In this document: positions 47,136 through 57,746 of the stretch, one piece after another
Layout: every line of letters begins with the position of its first letter
How positions within the stretch are numbered: the stretch's first letter is position 1
NCBI GenBank assembly: GCA_965242755.1
Contig: OZ251500.1
Span: forward strand, 2,625,339-2,689,338
DNA length: 64,000 nucleotides
Direction: 5' to 3'
DNA from: Dehalococcoidia bacterium
Lineage (GTDB): Bacteria > Chloroflexota > Dehalococcoidia > Lucifugimonadales > Australimonadaceae
Notes under the pieces: model-generated
Seen by the model: only the letters and a program-made list of their open reading frames with translations
What the model was told of the DNA's origin: nothing
Databases searched by the model: none
Translations under genes and position numbers: made by a program

Positions 47136-47146
47136 CCGACGCGCCT

Positions 47147-48238
47147 CTAGATGCCGTAGAACGCTTTGGCGTTCGTCTCGAGGATTTTGCGGGCGGCCTG
47201 CTCGCTGACGCGCCCCTCGCTCGCCCAGCGCTCCACCTCGTCAAGCGCCGCAAGGTTCGCCGACGGGTCGGAGTGGCAGTAGTCCGTCCCCACGATGAGG
47301 TTGTCCTCCATGCCCAGCGTGAGCAGGTGCTCCACCGGGTCCACCGGGTCTATCGTCACGAACAGGCGGTCGGAGCGGAAGAGGTCGCGCTGGAGGTCGA
47401 AGGATTGGGGGCGGTTGTGGAGCGCCTGCGACCTGCTCTGCATGCCGAGCGCGGAGAGGGCGTAGGGCACCCACGCGGCGCCCGCCTCGATGAACCCGAA
47501 CCGCAGGCGCGGGAACTGGGCAGGCAGCCCCTCGGACACGATGGCGATGAACGCCGCCATCACGGGAAAGCCGCGGTCCCACTCGCGTCCGGGCAGCGGG
47601 TGCCCGGTGTGGATGCAGATGGGCATATCGAGGGACTCGGCCTCCTCGTAGACGGGGAAGAATATCTTGTCGGTCACCGGCTTGTCGAGGTCGAAGCCGC
47701 GGCGGAAGACGCCGCAGGCGCCTTGCGCTTTCGCCCAGCGCAACTCCGCGACGGCCTTGTCCGGGTCGAGCATCGGCAGCGTCGCCGTCCACTTGAGGCG
47801 GCCGCCGCTCGCCGCGCAGCGCTCCGCGAGCCAGCGGTTGTAGGCGCCGGTGAGCGCGGCCTCCGCCTCCGGGTCTTTCGAGCCGTAGCGGATGAAGAAG
47901 GTGGGGAAGATGACCTGCGCCTCGACGCCCATCGCGTCCATATCGGCGAGGCGTCCGGGCACGTCGTCGAGTTCGCGGCGTTCGCGCCCGGGGTGATGCT
48001 TCCCGTCGCGGATGACGCGCGGCTGCAGGCGGTTCTCGACCAGCCACCAGCGGCTGCCGAGGGCGCCGGCGACGCGGACGCCCGCCGCCTCGCGCCGTTG
48101 CGCGGTCGCCGACTGAATGGCGGCGTCGGGCAAGACCGTTACCGGGACGTGCCTCGACCCTGCGTCCGCGAGGGCTTGCCACGTGGCCTCGTTCTCGTCC
48201 ACGTGCGTATCGGCGTCGATCACGGGAAACGTCGGCAT
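47147..48238 (-). CDS. Amidohydrolase-2 family metal-dependent hydrolase
   Basis: N-terminal VIDADTHV metal-binding motif, TIM-barrel hydrolase pattern, and GTDYCHSD near the C-terminus. Confidence 0.8.
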   Translation of the reverse strand: MPTFPVIDADTHVDENEATWQALADAGSRHVPVTVLPDAAIQSATAQRREAAGVRVAGALGSRWWLVENRLQPRVIRDGKHHPGRERRELDDVPGRLADMDAMGVEAQVIFPTFFIRYGSKDPEAEAALTGAYNRWLAERCAASGGRLKWTATLPMLDPDKAVAELRWAKAQGACGVFRRGFDLDKPVTDKIFFPVYEEAESLDMPICIHTGHPLPGREWDRGFPVMAAFIAIVSEGLPAQFPRLRFGFIEAGAAWVPYALSALGMQSRSQALHNRPQSFDLQRDLFRSDRLFVTIDPVDPVEHLLTLGMEDNLIVGTDYCHSDPSANLAALDEVERWASEGRVSEQAARKILETNAKAFYGI

Positions 48239-48334
48239 TGCGGCGGCCTCCTTGCTGGTCTGGCGGGGGCAACCTTATCACAACGCAGGGGGCGCAAGGG
48301 CGGGAGATGGGACCCGCGCCGCCTTCCGTCGCTC

Positions 48335-49372
48335 CTACGCGACGGCCAGTTCCTTCTCCATCGACTCGGAGTAGGCGCCTTGCCGCGCGGCGCTGGCGAG
48401 TTTGCAGCGATGCAGGTACGCCTTCTGCGCGGCGGGAACGTTGGCGGCGTCGCCCAGCCACGTGTTGAGCGGCAGCGCCTGCAGCCCGCGCCCGAACGAG
48501 TAGCTGAGTTGCCACGGCGCGTTGACCTCCGCCCCCCGGCGCGCGATCTCGTGCATATTCAGCGTCGCCTCGTCGTCGGGCTGCCCGCCGGAGAGGAAGA
48601 CGATCCCGGGCACGGCGGCGGGAACCGCATGCAGGAAAACGTCCACCGTGCGGACGGCGACCTCCGACGCGGGCGCGCGGTTCGGCGCGGTCGAGCCGGA
48701 CGTGACCATATTCGGCTTGAGGAGCGTCCCCTCGAGCTCGACCCCAAAAAGCGCGAGCGCCGCGTAGACCTCGCGCAGCGTCCGCTCCGTGACGCGCTGG
48801 TCGGTCTCGATGTCGTGCGCGCCGTCTATGAGGACTTCGGGCTCGACGATGGGGACGAGGCCGGCTTCCTGGCTGAGGGAGGCGTAGCGCGCGAGGGCGT
48901 GGGCGTTCGCCGCGACGCACTTGTCGCTGGGGATCCCGTCGCCGATCGTGATGACGGCGCGCCACTTGGCGAATCGCGCGCCGATGCCGTAGTACTCCTC
49001 GAGGCGCGGGCGGAGGCCGTCGAGCCCCTCCGTCACGAGTTCGCCGGGCGAGCCGGCGAGGGGCATCGCGCCCGCGTCCACCTTGATGCCGGGAATGACG
49101 CCCTTGCTCCGCAGCAGGTCGACGAGCGGCGTTCCGTCGGCGCCCTTCTGCCGGATCGTCTCGTCGTAGAGGATGACGCCGCTGACGTAGTTCTCGGCGC
49201 CGTCGGCGCTGAAGAGCATCTCGCGGTAGTTCCGGCGGTTCTCCTCGGTGTTTTCGACGCCGATGGAGTCGAAGCGGCGTTTGATGGTGCCCGAACTTTC
49301 GTCGGCGGCGAGGATGCCTTTCGCGGGGGCGACGAGGGCCTGGGCGGTTTGCGCGAGCGCCGTGATGTCCAT
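48335..49372 (-). CDS. fba: Fructose-bisphosphate aldolase, class I
   Basis: GILAADESSGTIKRRF, the LLKPNMV Schiff-base lysine region, and LSGGQ. ATG at 49372. The rest of the 578-aa track ORF is upstream read-through. Confidence 0.9.
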   Translation of the reverse strand: MDITALAQTAQALVAPAKGILAADESSGTIKRRFDSIGVENTEENRRNYREMLFSADGAENYVSGVILYDETIRQKGADGTPLVDLLRSKGVIPGIKVDAGAMPLAGSPGELVTEGLDGLRPRLEEYYGIGARFAKWRAVITIGDGIPSDKCVAANAHALARYASLSQEAGLVPIVEPEVLIDGAHDIETDQRVTERTLREVYAALALFGVELEGTLLKPNMVTSGSTAPNRAPASEVAVRTVDVFLHAVPAAVPGIVFLSGGQPDDEATLNMHEIARRGAEVNAPWQLSYSFGRGLQALPLNTWLGDAANVPAAQKAYLHRCKLASAARQGAYSESMEKELAVA

Positions 49373-49500
49373 AGCGGGTTTCTCTCCTTGCGTTCCTAGC
49401 GTTGGGTTCGCGCAGCGATGCGCGTTCCGACGGCGCCTATGATACTCGCTCGCGCCGGCCGACGGCTCCCGGCTGCGTCGGCTTCTCCGCCGAGGGCGCG

Positions 49501-49690
49501 TTAGCGGGCGGTCCACGCGAGGTCTATGGCGTAGGCGGAGCCGGTGATGGCGGAGGCGGCGTCGGAGGCGAGGAAGAGGACGAGTTCGGCGACTTCCTCC
49601 GGCTCGATGAGGCGTTTCACGGACGCTTGCGCGAGCACGACCTGCTCGACGACGTCCTCCAACGTGACGCCGGACGCGCGGGCGCCGCAA
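49501..49690 (-). pseudogene. C-terminal fragment of an SDR (3-hydroxybutyrate dehydrogenase-like)
   Basis: Only the last ~60 aa are present (...VKRLIEPEEVAELVLFLASDAASAITGSAYAIDLAWTAR*). There is no Rossmann or catalytic region upstream. Confidence 0.7.
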
Positions 49691-49778
49691 AGCGGCGGGT
49701 GAGGGTCGACGCCGGGTGCGCGGCGGGTTGCCCCCCCCACGCACGGATTCCCACCCCGCGTGATACCCTACTACGCCT

Positions 49779-51020
49779 ATGGCCATCGTTCCCATCGCCA
49801 ACGGGCTGTTCCCCCCCGAGCCCGCGCTCGGGCTGCTGCGGCGCCTCGGCGAGGCGGCGGCGAACGCCGGCGCAAGCCTCTGGCTCGTCGGCGGGCCCGT
49901 CCGCGACGCCTTCATCAGTTGGCCCATCCGCGACCTCGACCTCGCATCCGAAACGCCCGCCGACGACCTGGGCCCGCTGCTCGCGGAGGAACTCGGCGGC
50001 TCCTGCGGCGCCCGCTCCGCGTTCGGCACCGTCAAGATCCGCGCCGACGGCAAGACCGTCGACCTCGCCACGACGCGCGCCGAGCGCTACGCCAAGCCCG
50101 GCGCGCTCCCCTCCGTCACCTGGGCCGGCCTCGAGGCCGACCTCGCGCGGCGCGACTTCAGCATCAACGCTATGGCCGCGTCCCTCCGCCCCGACCGATT
50201 CGCCGAACTACTCGATACGCATAGCGGCGAGGCCGACCTCGCGGCTGGCGTCATCCGCGCGCTGCACCCCAAGTCGTTCGTTGACGACCCCACGCGATGC
50301 TTCCGCGCCGCCCGCTACGCCGCCCGATTCGTCTTCGACGTCGAGCCCGCGACGCGCCGCTGGATGCGGAGCGGCCTGCCCCATCTCCAAGACGTTTCGC
50401 CCGCGCGAATCCGCCGCGAAATCGAGCGCATCCTCGCGGAGCGGCGCGCGCCGAAAGCCCTCGCCGCCGCGATCAAACTCGGCGCGCTTCCCGCGGTGGA
50501 GCCCGCAAGCGCCTCCCCCGCCGTCCGCAAAGCCCTCGAGCGGGCCGACAGCCTCGGCGCAGGCCGACTCGCCGCCCTCGCCGCCCTTGCCTACGCCCTC
50601 CCGGACGATCGCGCCGAAGCCTTCTCCGAACGCATCGGCGCGACCAAGCCGCAGCGAGAGGTCATCCAATGGGCGGTTCGCCTGCGCGAGGCGGAGCCCC
50701 AACTCCGGCGGACGCTGCGCCCCAGCGAAACCGACGCCATCGTAGGCCGCGCCCCCGACGACGCCATCGAGGGCGCCTGCGCCGCCGCGACCAGCCCCGT
50801 CGCGCGCCGCAACCTCATCGCGTACCTCTTCGAGTCCGACCACGACAACCTGTTGGACGGCGACGACCTAATGGCGCTCGGCGTCCCTCCCGGCCCGGCG
50901 GTCGGCGAGATGGCGGAGGCGCTGCGCCGCGCCGTCCTCGACGACGTCGTTCAGACCCCTGATGAGGCCAAGCGATTCGTCAAGGATAGGCTGGTCGCCA
51001 AACGGCGCGGTTTCGTATAG
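49779..51020 (+). CDS. cca: CCA-adding enzyme / poly(A) polymerase-family tRNA nucleotidyltransferase
   Basis: LWLVGGPVRDAF....DLDLA, and RRDFSINAMA, the head-domain motifs. Confidence 0.8.
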   Translation: MAIVPIANGLFPPEPALGLLRRLGEAAANAGASLWLVGGPVRDAFISWPIRDLDLASETPADDLGPLLAEELGGSCGARSAFGTVKIRADGKTVDLATTRAERYAKPGALPSVTWAGLEADLARRDFSINAMAASLRPDRFAELLDTHSGEADLAAGVIRALHPKSFVDDPTRCFRAARYAARFVFDVEPATRRWMRSGLPHLQDVSPARIRREIERILAERRAPKALAAAIKLGALPAVEPASASPAVRKALERADSLGAGRLAALAALAYALPDDRAEAFSERIGATKPQREVIQWAVRLREAEPQLRRTLRPSETDAIVGRAPDDAIEGACAAATSPVARRNLIAYLFESDHDNLLDGDDLMALGVPPGPAVGEMAEALRRAVLDDVVQTPDEAKRFVKDRLVAKRRGFV

Positions 51021-51109
51021 GGCGCCCGCGGGGAGGCGCGAGCCTGGCGTCGCCCGCGCATGCGCGATGGTTTTCGTTATTCCTTACCTACTGCGACGAA
51101 GGCTGCAGG

Positions 51110-53509
51110 TTACGCGCTCCGCGCCCGCTTGCTCTCGCTTGGCCTGCGGTCACGGAAGCGAACGCCCCCGTCGTAGAGGCCGGCGAGGATCGGCGATTGC
51201 TTGCCTGACCAATGGAGCGCGAGGTAGTGCTTTGCCCTGCTGACCGCGACGTAGAGGAGCCGCTGGTTGAAAGGCGTGTCCGAGAACGCATCGTTCACGC
51301 CCAGCACAATGACGGCGTCGTACTCCAGACCGCGGACATCGGGAATCCGCGCCAAGACCGCGCCTCCGGCGTGGCGGCGCTCTTGCCCTATCAAGGCGAT
51401 GTCGGCGACCCCGCGCGACTCGCAGAATTTCTGAAACCGATTCAGGTTGGCGCGGTCGCGCGCCAATATGGCGACGCCGGCGTTCGCTAGGCCGGGCATA
51501 GCGCGGATGCTGGAGAGGTCGTTGACGACAGCCTCATACATGCCTTCGGCGGTCGCGTGTTGGTGGTACTCGGGGCGGTGGCCTTCCCGTTCGTAAGGGA
51601 TTGGCGCGGGAAGAGTCTTCTCGTACAGGCGCAGGACCCGGTTGTTGAACCGAGTGAGGCGTTTGTTGGCGCGGTAGGACAAGCGAGCCTGCTGAACCGT
51701 CGTCTGGTCGCGGCCCAATACGCGGCCGACCTCTCCCCACCGTTGGACGCCCCGGTACGGCGCCAGCCGTTGCGCGGCGTCCCCCATCACCGTGAACCAA
51801 TTGTTGACGGAGGCGACGCTGAGCAATTTGAACTCAATGGGCGATATGTCCTGCGCCTCGTCCACGACGATATGCCGGTATTTCGGCGCGATGGTTCCGT
51901 TCAGGAGATGGTCGAGGTAGGTCAAGGCTCCTTCGTCCGCATCGTCGAATCCGTCGGCCAGCCCGCGCCGCGCCGATTCCCGCAGCGCCGCAGCGTCGTC
52001 ATCGGAGAGTCTGCGCCGGATGGGCCGCGGCAAACTCTCGTCATCGGACAACAAATTGACGTACTCTCGCCGCAAGTCCATAGCGGGCCACGCCTCGTCC
52101 ACCCAGTTGGCGACCTCTTGCCCTATCTCTTCGTTGCGGCGGAGTTCCTCGAACCGGTCTTGTTCTTGCGGCCTGACGCTCGCGCGCCTCTTGCCGCGCG
52201 CTAGCCTCGCGATGCGTTCGATGAACGCTCGACGCATCCTGTTCGGATGAGGCGCGCCGCCGGAGAACGCCGCATCGAGCGCTTCGTTGATTTCATCGCG
52301 GGTTATGACGATTCCGTCTTCGAACCGCTTGCCGCTCCGATTCGCCAATGCGCTCCTGCACCGCGACTCGATGCTCCTGACCCTCGCGCGGACATGCCGT
52401 TCCAGCAACCCCGCCATATCCAAGGACCCCTTGAACGCTTCGGCTCGCTCGCTGAACCGGGTCATCTCTCCGCGCGCCAGCAAGTCATTCCAGCCCCGCG
52501 CCTCGAAGCGGACATTCGTTGAGCGGATCGACCGCATCCAATCGTTTCGCGTGATTTGCGTCACGCCCCGCTCGACGCCGAGCGCGGGCAAGAGGTCGGC
52601 GGCGTACTCCAAGAACGACTTGGACGGGCCAATGAAGAGCGTCGTTTCGGGCGTAGGCCGTTCCCTGTCGGACAAGTCGTTGAACGGGGAGAGCAGGTAG
52701 GCGATCCGGTGCAAGCCGACCTCGCTCTTCCCGCTGCCGGCCGCCCCTTGCACGATCAGCGCACGGTCTTGCGTGTTGGCGATGGCCTCGTACTGGTGAG
52801 GCTCTATCGTCTCAACGATGACGGACAGCGCGTCATCGCCGCCCGTTCCGCTCAGGGCTTCCGTTAGCGCGTCCGTCGGGCGCTCGCCCTCTCGCGCTTC
52901 CGGCAGCGCGCGACGGTAGACGTCGTTCAGCGCAACCAACTGCCGGTCGCGTATCCGCAGGAACCGCTTGAGGTCTATCCGGACGCGCACTTGCCCCGCT
53001 GGGGCGGGATGCTGCGCGTCGTTGGCGTACCAGAGCCGCGCCACCGGAGCCGTCCACGAGTAGACGGAGTGCTCCGTAATTGCGGTGGCGCCGATGTAGA
53101 TGCGCTTGCGCTCGCCGACGTCGCGGGGAGCATCCAACACCAAATAGTCCAACCGCCCGAAGTACGGCTGCTCCAAAGCGGAGGCAAAGCCGGCGTTGAG
53201 CTTCTCGAGTTCCTTGTGGATGGCGTTGGCGGCCAGTTGGTCGGATGCCGTTACGGGCTGGTTCTCCTTCCAGTGACGCAACGTTGCCTGCAAGTGTCGG
53301 AGTACGGCCGCGAGTTTTTCGCTCTCCTCATTGTAGGCGTCATGGGCAAGGGCGTTGCCCGGCGGCGTCTGTTCAGTCTGTTGCTGCACGGCGCACCCTA
53401 CCTTAACAGGCAGCAAGTTCGCCGGAATTATACCGCTGGACCCCGCGCCTGTCAACGGCAGGCGTACTTCGCTTGGCGCTACGCCACTCTTCCTCGCCGC
53501 CGCCGTCAT
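51110..53509 (-). CDS. helD: HelD / helicase IV-like UvrD-family (SF1) helicase
   Basis: N-terminal PYFGRLDY...IYIG motif, Walker A GAAGSGKS, VVDEAQD, and C-terminal LLYVAVSRAKHYL. The start is uncertain (an alternative GTG lies near 53390). Confidence 0.75.
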   Translation of the reverse strand: MTAAARKSGVAPSEVRLPLTGAGSSGIIPANLLPVKVGCAVQQQTEQTPPGNALAHDAYNEESEKLAAVLRHLQATLRHWKENQPVTASDQLAANAIHKELEKLNAGFASALEQPYFGRLDYLVLDAPRDVGERKRIYIGATAITEHSVYSWTAPVARLWYANDAQHPAPAGQVRVRIDLKRFLRIRDRQLVALNDVYRRALPEAREGERPTDALTEALSGTGGDDALSVIVETIEPHQYEAIANTQDRALIVQGAAGSGKSEVGLHRIAYLLSPFNDLSDRERPTPETTLFIGPSKSFLEYAADLLPALGVERGVTQITRNDWMRSIRSTNVRFEARGWNDLLARGEMTRFSERAEAFKGSLDMAGLLERHVRARVRSIESRCRSALANRSGKRFEDGIVITRDEINEALDAAFSGGAPHPNRMRRAFIERIARLARGKRRASVRPQEQDRFEELRRNEEIGQEVANWVDEAWPAMDLRREYVNLLSDDESLPRPIRRRLSDDDAAALRESARRGLADGFDDADEGALTYLDHLLNGTIAPKYRHIVVDEAQDISPIEFKLLSVASVNNWFTVMGDAAQRLAPYRGVQRWGEVGRVLGRDQTTVQQARLSYRANKRLTRFNNRVLRLYEKTLPAPIPYEREGHRPEYHQHATAEGMYEAVVNDLSSIRAMPGLANAGVAILARDRANLNRFQKFCESRGVADIALIGQERRHAGGAVLARIPDVRGLEYDAVIVLGVNDAFSDTPFNQRLLYVAVSRAKHYLALHWSGKQSPILAGLYDGGVRFRDRRPSESKRARSA

Positions 53510-53846
53510 TCCCCCTCCCTCGAGGGCGGGAAGAGCCTACCCCTATCCCTACCCCCCCAACCCCCAACTCCCGCAGCGCCGCTTGCGCGCCCGCGTCGCG
53601 CCGGCTGCGCCCCACGCCCGCCCCCCTCCCCGCCGCTCCTTGCTTCCTGCGCCCGAATGGGCGGCCGGCGGGCGAGAATCCAGTGAAATTGCTCCGTGCT
53701 ATTGCTCCGCGCAGGGATTGACATAGGGTGTGAGCGCGCTTACGATATGATGCGCATCCGCCCCTTGGCAGTACGTCACGCTCACGACAAGCGTCGGTTA
53801 CTTGAGCGAGGCCAACCCCTGGGGCTTTTTCTTTGGGAGTTCGCGT

Positions 53847-54101
53847 ATGCCGAAGGCGGCGATCCTGATAGACGGAGGGTACTTCCTCAAACGACTGCCC
53901 TCGGTTCGCCGCGACGTGGACGCTTCGAACGCGTCGAGCGTAGTGCAGGCAATCCGGCAACTCGTCCGCAGCCACCTGCGTCAACTGAACGAGACATACC
54001 GGGCCCCCAACCCGATGAGCCTGCTCTACCGCTGCTTCTACTACGACGCGATCCCGTACGCGCCTGATCCGGTTCCTGGATTCCCGCCTACGCGGGAATG
54101 A
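53847..54101 (+). pseudogene. NYN-domain (LabA/DUF88-like) protein, 3'-truncated by a REP module
   Basis: MPKAAILIDGGYFLKRL...LYRCFYYDAIPY matches the N-terminal third of NYN proteins. The ORF then runs into GGATTCCCGCCTACGCGGGAATGA (54075-54100) and stops. Confidence 0.5.
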
Positions 54102-54209
54102 CGGATTATGTCGAGCGCGTAGCGTCTTTCGCCCCGCCGGCGCAGGACTCCCTCAGTACCCGCCCATCCCCCACCACCCCTCGCGGTGGTAGCATTCGCG
54201 CCGAGCGCT

Positions 54210-57095
54210 ATGAGCGAAACGCCAACGCCAGCCGACGGCGCGCGCCGCCCGGAGATCGCGACGCAATTCCAATTCGGAGCATCCCTGCTGCGCGTCCATC
54301 CGCTCGACGCTCCGGTCGTCGCGCTTGCGGCGCGCATCGAGGAGCGCGGCGGCGACCGCGCCGTCCTCTCCGCCGTCGGCGCCGTGAAATTCCACGGCGA
54401 CCGCGTTCTCGGCGCGTTTCACGCCGACGACGAGCAGGCCGTCGCGAGGCTGGCCGGTTTTATCGGCGATGCCCCGCTCGCGGCGCATGGGCTCGGCGGC
54501 GCGCTCGCGCAGGCGGGGCTGGACGCCGCGTTCGGCGCAGGGCTATGGGACGCGCGCGAGTTGGCCGCGCTGCTCATTCCCGCAAGCGCCGACGACGCGC
54601 TGCCGCAGTTGACGGCGCGGCTCGGCTTGGAGTGGCCCTCCCCCGGAGACACGGGAGGCGCGGCGTCCACCGGAGGCGCGGCGCCCCCCGGAGGCGCGGC
54701 GCGGACGGCGGACGCCTCCGGCGTGGTCGCCGACGCGCATGCCGTCCGCGCCGTCCATCTTGCGCTCGTGGAGCGGGCGCGGATGCTCCCCGTCGGCGCG
54801 CTCCGCCGCCTGGCCGACCTGCTGCGGCGCGCCCGAAGCCCGCTCGCCGACCTGATCGCCGCGCTCGCCGACGCCCCGACCGCGCTCGGAACGGGGCCCA
54901 TCGGCGCGCTCGACGAGGCGGCGATCGCTAGCCGGCTGGAGCGCCCCAGATCGCTCGGAACGCCGAATCCGCCCAAGCCGTTCGCCCCCGGCGAGGTCGG
55001 CGCGCTCCTCGCGGACGGCGGCCCGTTCGCCCGGCGCTTCCCCCGCTACGAGCCTCGCGCCGAGCAGGCGGCGATGGCGGAAGCCGTCGCCCGCGCCCTC
55101 GACTCCGCAATCGGGGACGACGGCCCGCGCCACCTCCTCGTCGAAGGCGGCACCGGCATCGGCAAGTCCGTCGCCTACCTCCTCCCCGCCGCCTTGCACG
55201 CGCTCCGCAACAACGTCCGCGTCGTCATATCCACCAACACCATCAACCTGCAAGAGCAGTTGATCGCCAAAGACATTCCCGACCTGCTGAACGCGCTGCG
55301 CGCGGAGCCCGGTCTGGACGCGTCCCGCTTTCGCTGCGCGCAACTCAAGGGCAAGGCGAACTACCTGTGCATCCGCCGCTGGGAGGCGCACGCCAACGGC
55401 GACGCGATGTCCCCCGACGAGGCGCGCCTGCTCGCCAAGACGCTCGTCTGGCTCGACGAGACCCGTACCGGCGACCGCGCCGAACTGCGGCTCGAAGCGC
55501 CCGAAGCCGCCTCATGGGAGCGGATGAGCGCGAGCGGCTTCTCCGCCTGCGCCGGTGCGCGGGAGGGCGCCTGCTTCTACCGCCACGCCCGCGAGGAAGC
55601 CGCCGCCGCCCACATCCTCGTCGTCAACCACGCCCTCCTCCTCTCCGACCTGCAAGTCGGCGGCTCCCTCCTGCCCGACTACGACTTCCTCATCGTGGAC
55701 GAGGCGCACAACCTGGAGACGGAGGCCACGCGCCAATTCGGGTTCCGCATCTCGCACGCGACGGTCGAGGACCTCATCGAGCGGCTGGGCGGCGTGATCC
55801 ACGGGTTCGGCCAGGCGGCGCGGGCGGGCGCGATGGAGCAGGCGCGCAAGGAGAGCGCCGCCCTCCGCTGCGACGAGGCGCAAACGCCCCTCTACCGCGT
55901 CCGCGACGATTGGGCGCGCCTCATGGCCGGCCTCGCGGAGTTCGCCGCCTCCCAGCGCGGAGAGTCCGACGACGGCGAACTCCGCATCACCCGCTCCGAG
56001 CGCGCCCAACCCAAATGGTCGGAACTCGACGTCGCATGGGCGGATTTCGAGCGAAGCGTCAACGAGGCCGCCGAGCGGGCCGCCGCCCTCCTCCGCGAAA
56101 TGGAGAGCCTGCCCGCCGGCGCCGCGCCCGCCCTGGAGCAGTTGAAAGGCGAGTTGACGGAGTGGATAACTGATCAGAACGAGGCGCGGGAGAAGGCGCG
56201 GGCGTTCGTATCCCAGCCCGACGACCAGACCGTCTACTGGATCGGACGCGGCGCGAACCTCTCCTTGAACGGCGCCCCGCTCGACGTCGCGCCGCGCCTG
56301 CGCGAGGAACTCTTCGACGCGAAGCAGGCCGTCGTCCTCACGAGCGCCACGCTGACCGTGGGCGGCGGCTTCGCGCACGTCCGCGACCGGCTCGGCGTCG
56401 AAGAGCCGGAGGAGGTCGCGCTCGGCTCGCCGTTCGACTATCGCAACGCCGCGCTCCTCTGCATTCCGACCGACGCGCCGGAGCCGGGCGACCCGCGCTA
56501 CGCCGACGCCGTCGCTCGTATGCTGGACGAGATCGCGCGAATGTCCGGCGGGCGCGCGATGGCGCTCTTCACTTCCCACGCCTCCCTGCGCGCCGCGGCG
56601 GCGAGGCTCCGCAAGACGCTCCCGAAGCGCGGCATCGGCGTGCTCGCGCAGGGCCCGGACGGCGCTCCCCAGCAACTGCTGGCGCGATTCCGGCGCAACC
56701 CGCGCGCCATCCTCCTCGGCACGGCGTCGTTCTGGGAGGGCGTGGACGTCGGCAACGCCGCCCTCAAGACGCTCGTCCTCGCGCGGCTGCCCTTCAACGT
56801 CCCCACCGAGCCGATCTTCGCGGCGCGCTCCGCCCAATACGAGCGGGATGCGTTTATGCAATACGCCGTTCCCCAGGCCGTGCTGCGCTTCCGGCAAGGC
56901 TTCGGGCGCCTCATCCGCGGCAAGGGCGACCGCGGCGTCGTCGTCGCGCTCGACAGCCGCATCGCGACGAAAGCCTATGGGCGCGTCTTCCTCGAATCCA
57001 TCCCGCCCGCGACGACGCTGCGCGCCCCCTTCCACGAACTCGCCCCAGCGATCCGCCGCTGGCACGCGGACGGGGACGAGGCGCCGCTCGGCTAG
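54210..57095 (+). CDS. dinG: DinG/XPD-family ATP-dependent DNA helicase with degenerate N-terminal exonuclease-like domain
   Basis: VEGGTGIGKSVAYLLPA (Walker A), four Cys between motifs I and II (Fe-S), VDEAHNLE, SFWEGVDV, and QGFGRLIR. Confidence 0.85.
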   Translation: MSETPTPADGARRPEIATQFQFGASLLRVHPLDAPVVALAARIEERGGDRAVLSAVGAVKFHGDRVLGAFHADDEQAVARLAGFIGDAPLAAHGLGGALAQAGLDAAFGAGLWDARELAALLIPASADDALPQLTARLGLEWPSPGDTGGAASTGGAAPPGGAARTADASGVVADAHAVRAVHLALVERARMLPVGALRRLADLLRRARSPLADLIAALADAPTALGTGPIGALDEAAIASRLERPRSLGTPNPPKPFAPGEVGALLADGGPFARRFPRYEPRAEQAAMAEAVARALDSAIGDDGPRHLLVEGGTGIGKSVAYLLPAALHALRNNVRVVISTNTINLQEQLIAKDIPDLLNALRAEPGLDASRFRCAQLKGKANYLCIRRWEAHANGDAMSPDEARLLAKTLVWLDETRTGDRAELRLEAPEAASWERMSASGFSACAGAREGACFYRHAREEAAAAHILVVNHALLLSDLQVGGSLLPDYDFLIVDEAHNLETEATRQFGFRISHATVEDLIERLGGVIHGFGQAARAGAMEQARKESAALRCDEAQTPLYRVRDDWARLMAGLAEFAASQRGESDDGELRITRSERAQPKWSELDVAWADFERSVNEAAERAAALLREMESLPAGAAPALEQLKGELTEWITDQNEAREKARAFVSQPDDQTVYWIGRGANLSLNGAPLDVAPRLREELFDAKQAVVLTSATLTVGGGFAHVRDRLGVEEPEEVALGSPFDYRNAALLCIPTDAPEPGDPRYADAVARMLDEIARMSGGRAMALFTSHASLRAAAARLRKTLPKRGIGVLAQGPDGAPQQLLARFRRNPRAILLGTASFWEGVDVGNAALKTLVLARLPFNVPTEPIFAARSAQYERDAFMQYAVPQAVLRFRQGFGRLIRGKGDRGVVVALDSRIATKAYGRVFLESIPPATTLRAPFHELAPAIRRWHADGDEAPLG

Positions 57096-57099
57096 CGGC

Positions 57100-57310
57100 A
57101 TGCCCGGAACGCAGCCGCGCACGCTAACCCGGGGAAACCGCCCTGCCCGCGTAGGCGGGAATCCAGGCGGCGCGAGGCGCCAAGACGGGGCGTTGCGCCC
57201 GTCCCCATGCCATCCCCCAGGCTCCGTCATTCCCTCGAAGCGGGAACCTACTGGAGGCAATCTGCGCCCTCGCCCTTGACCGCGTAAGCGGGAACCTACT
57301 GGGAACGACC
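57100..57310. repeat. REP-like palindromic module cluster
   Basis: CCCGCGTAGGCGGGAATCCAGGCGGCGCG, CATTCCCTCGAAGCGGGAACCTACTGG and CGCGTAAGCGGGAACCTACTGG. Confidence 0.8.
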
Positions 57311-57466
57311 AAGCGGGGACGCGCGGGTTGCCCCCGCCACGCAACTGCGACATCCGCCCCTTGCAGCGTCCCCTTGCCCGCCCCTACGGTGGAACGAGGA
57401 TGCGGCTTGTGCTATCCTAACCACGGAACGCTTGCGTCGGAGCGTAGCGCAAAGGAGGATGCATCG

Positions 57467-57742
57467 ATGAAAACGCCCACGAACCGCCCGGCCGCGCGGA
57501 CGTTTTACAGCGACCTCATCCGCAACCGTCCTTCCTTCCTCACGGGCCTCGCTTCGCTATGGGATTTCGCAGGCGCGCTCAATCGGCCTCGCCGCCCATC
57601 CTTTGACCCCGACGCCGACGCGCGGGCCCTCGCCTCCGACTGGCGGGCAGTGGGAAGCGACCTGTGGGCTGCGATGGGGCAGTTCGAGGAAGAGACGGGC
57701 GTCCGCGTTGCGAAAAAGCCCGGCCCGGAGGGGACGGCGTAG
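57467..57742 (+). CDS. Hypothetical small protein (91 aa)
   Basis: ATG preceded by AAAGGAGG. No family recognised. Immediately upstream of the DUF2335 gene. Confidence 0.5.
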   Translation: MKTPTNRPAARTFYSDLIRNRPSFLTGLASLWDFAGALNRPRRPSFDPDADARALASDWRAVGSDLWAAMGQFEEETGVRVAKKPGPEGTA

Positions 57743-57746
57743 CGTT

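Noticed and set aside
48335-50071. The 578-aa ORF containing the aldolase.
   Set aside because: Aldolase homology begins at MDITALAQ (ATG 49372). The upstream 230 codons are Arg/Pro-rich read-through overlapping the SDR fragment and the cca start.
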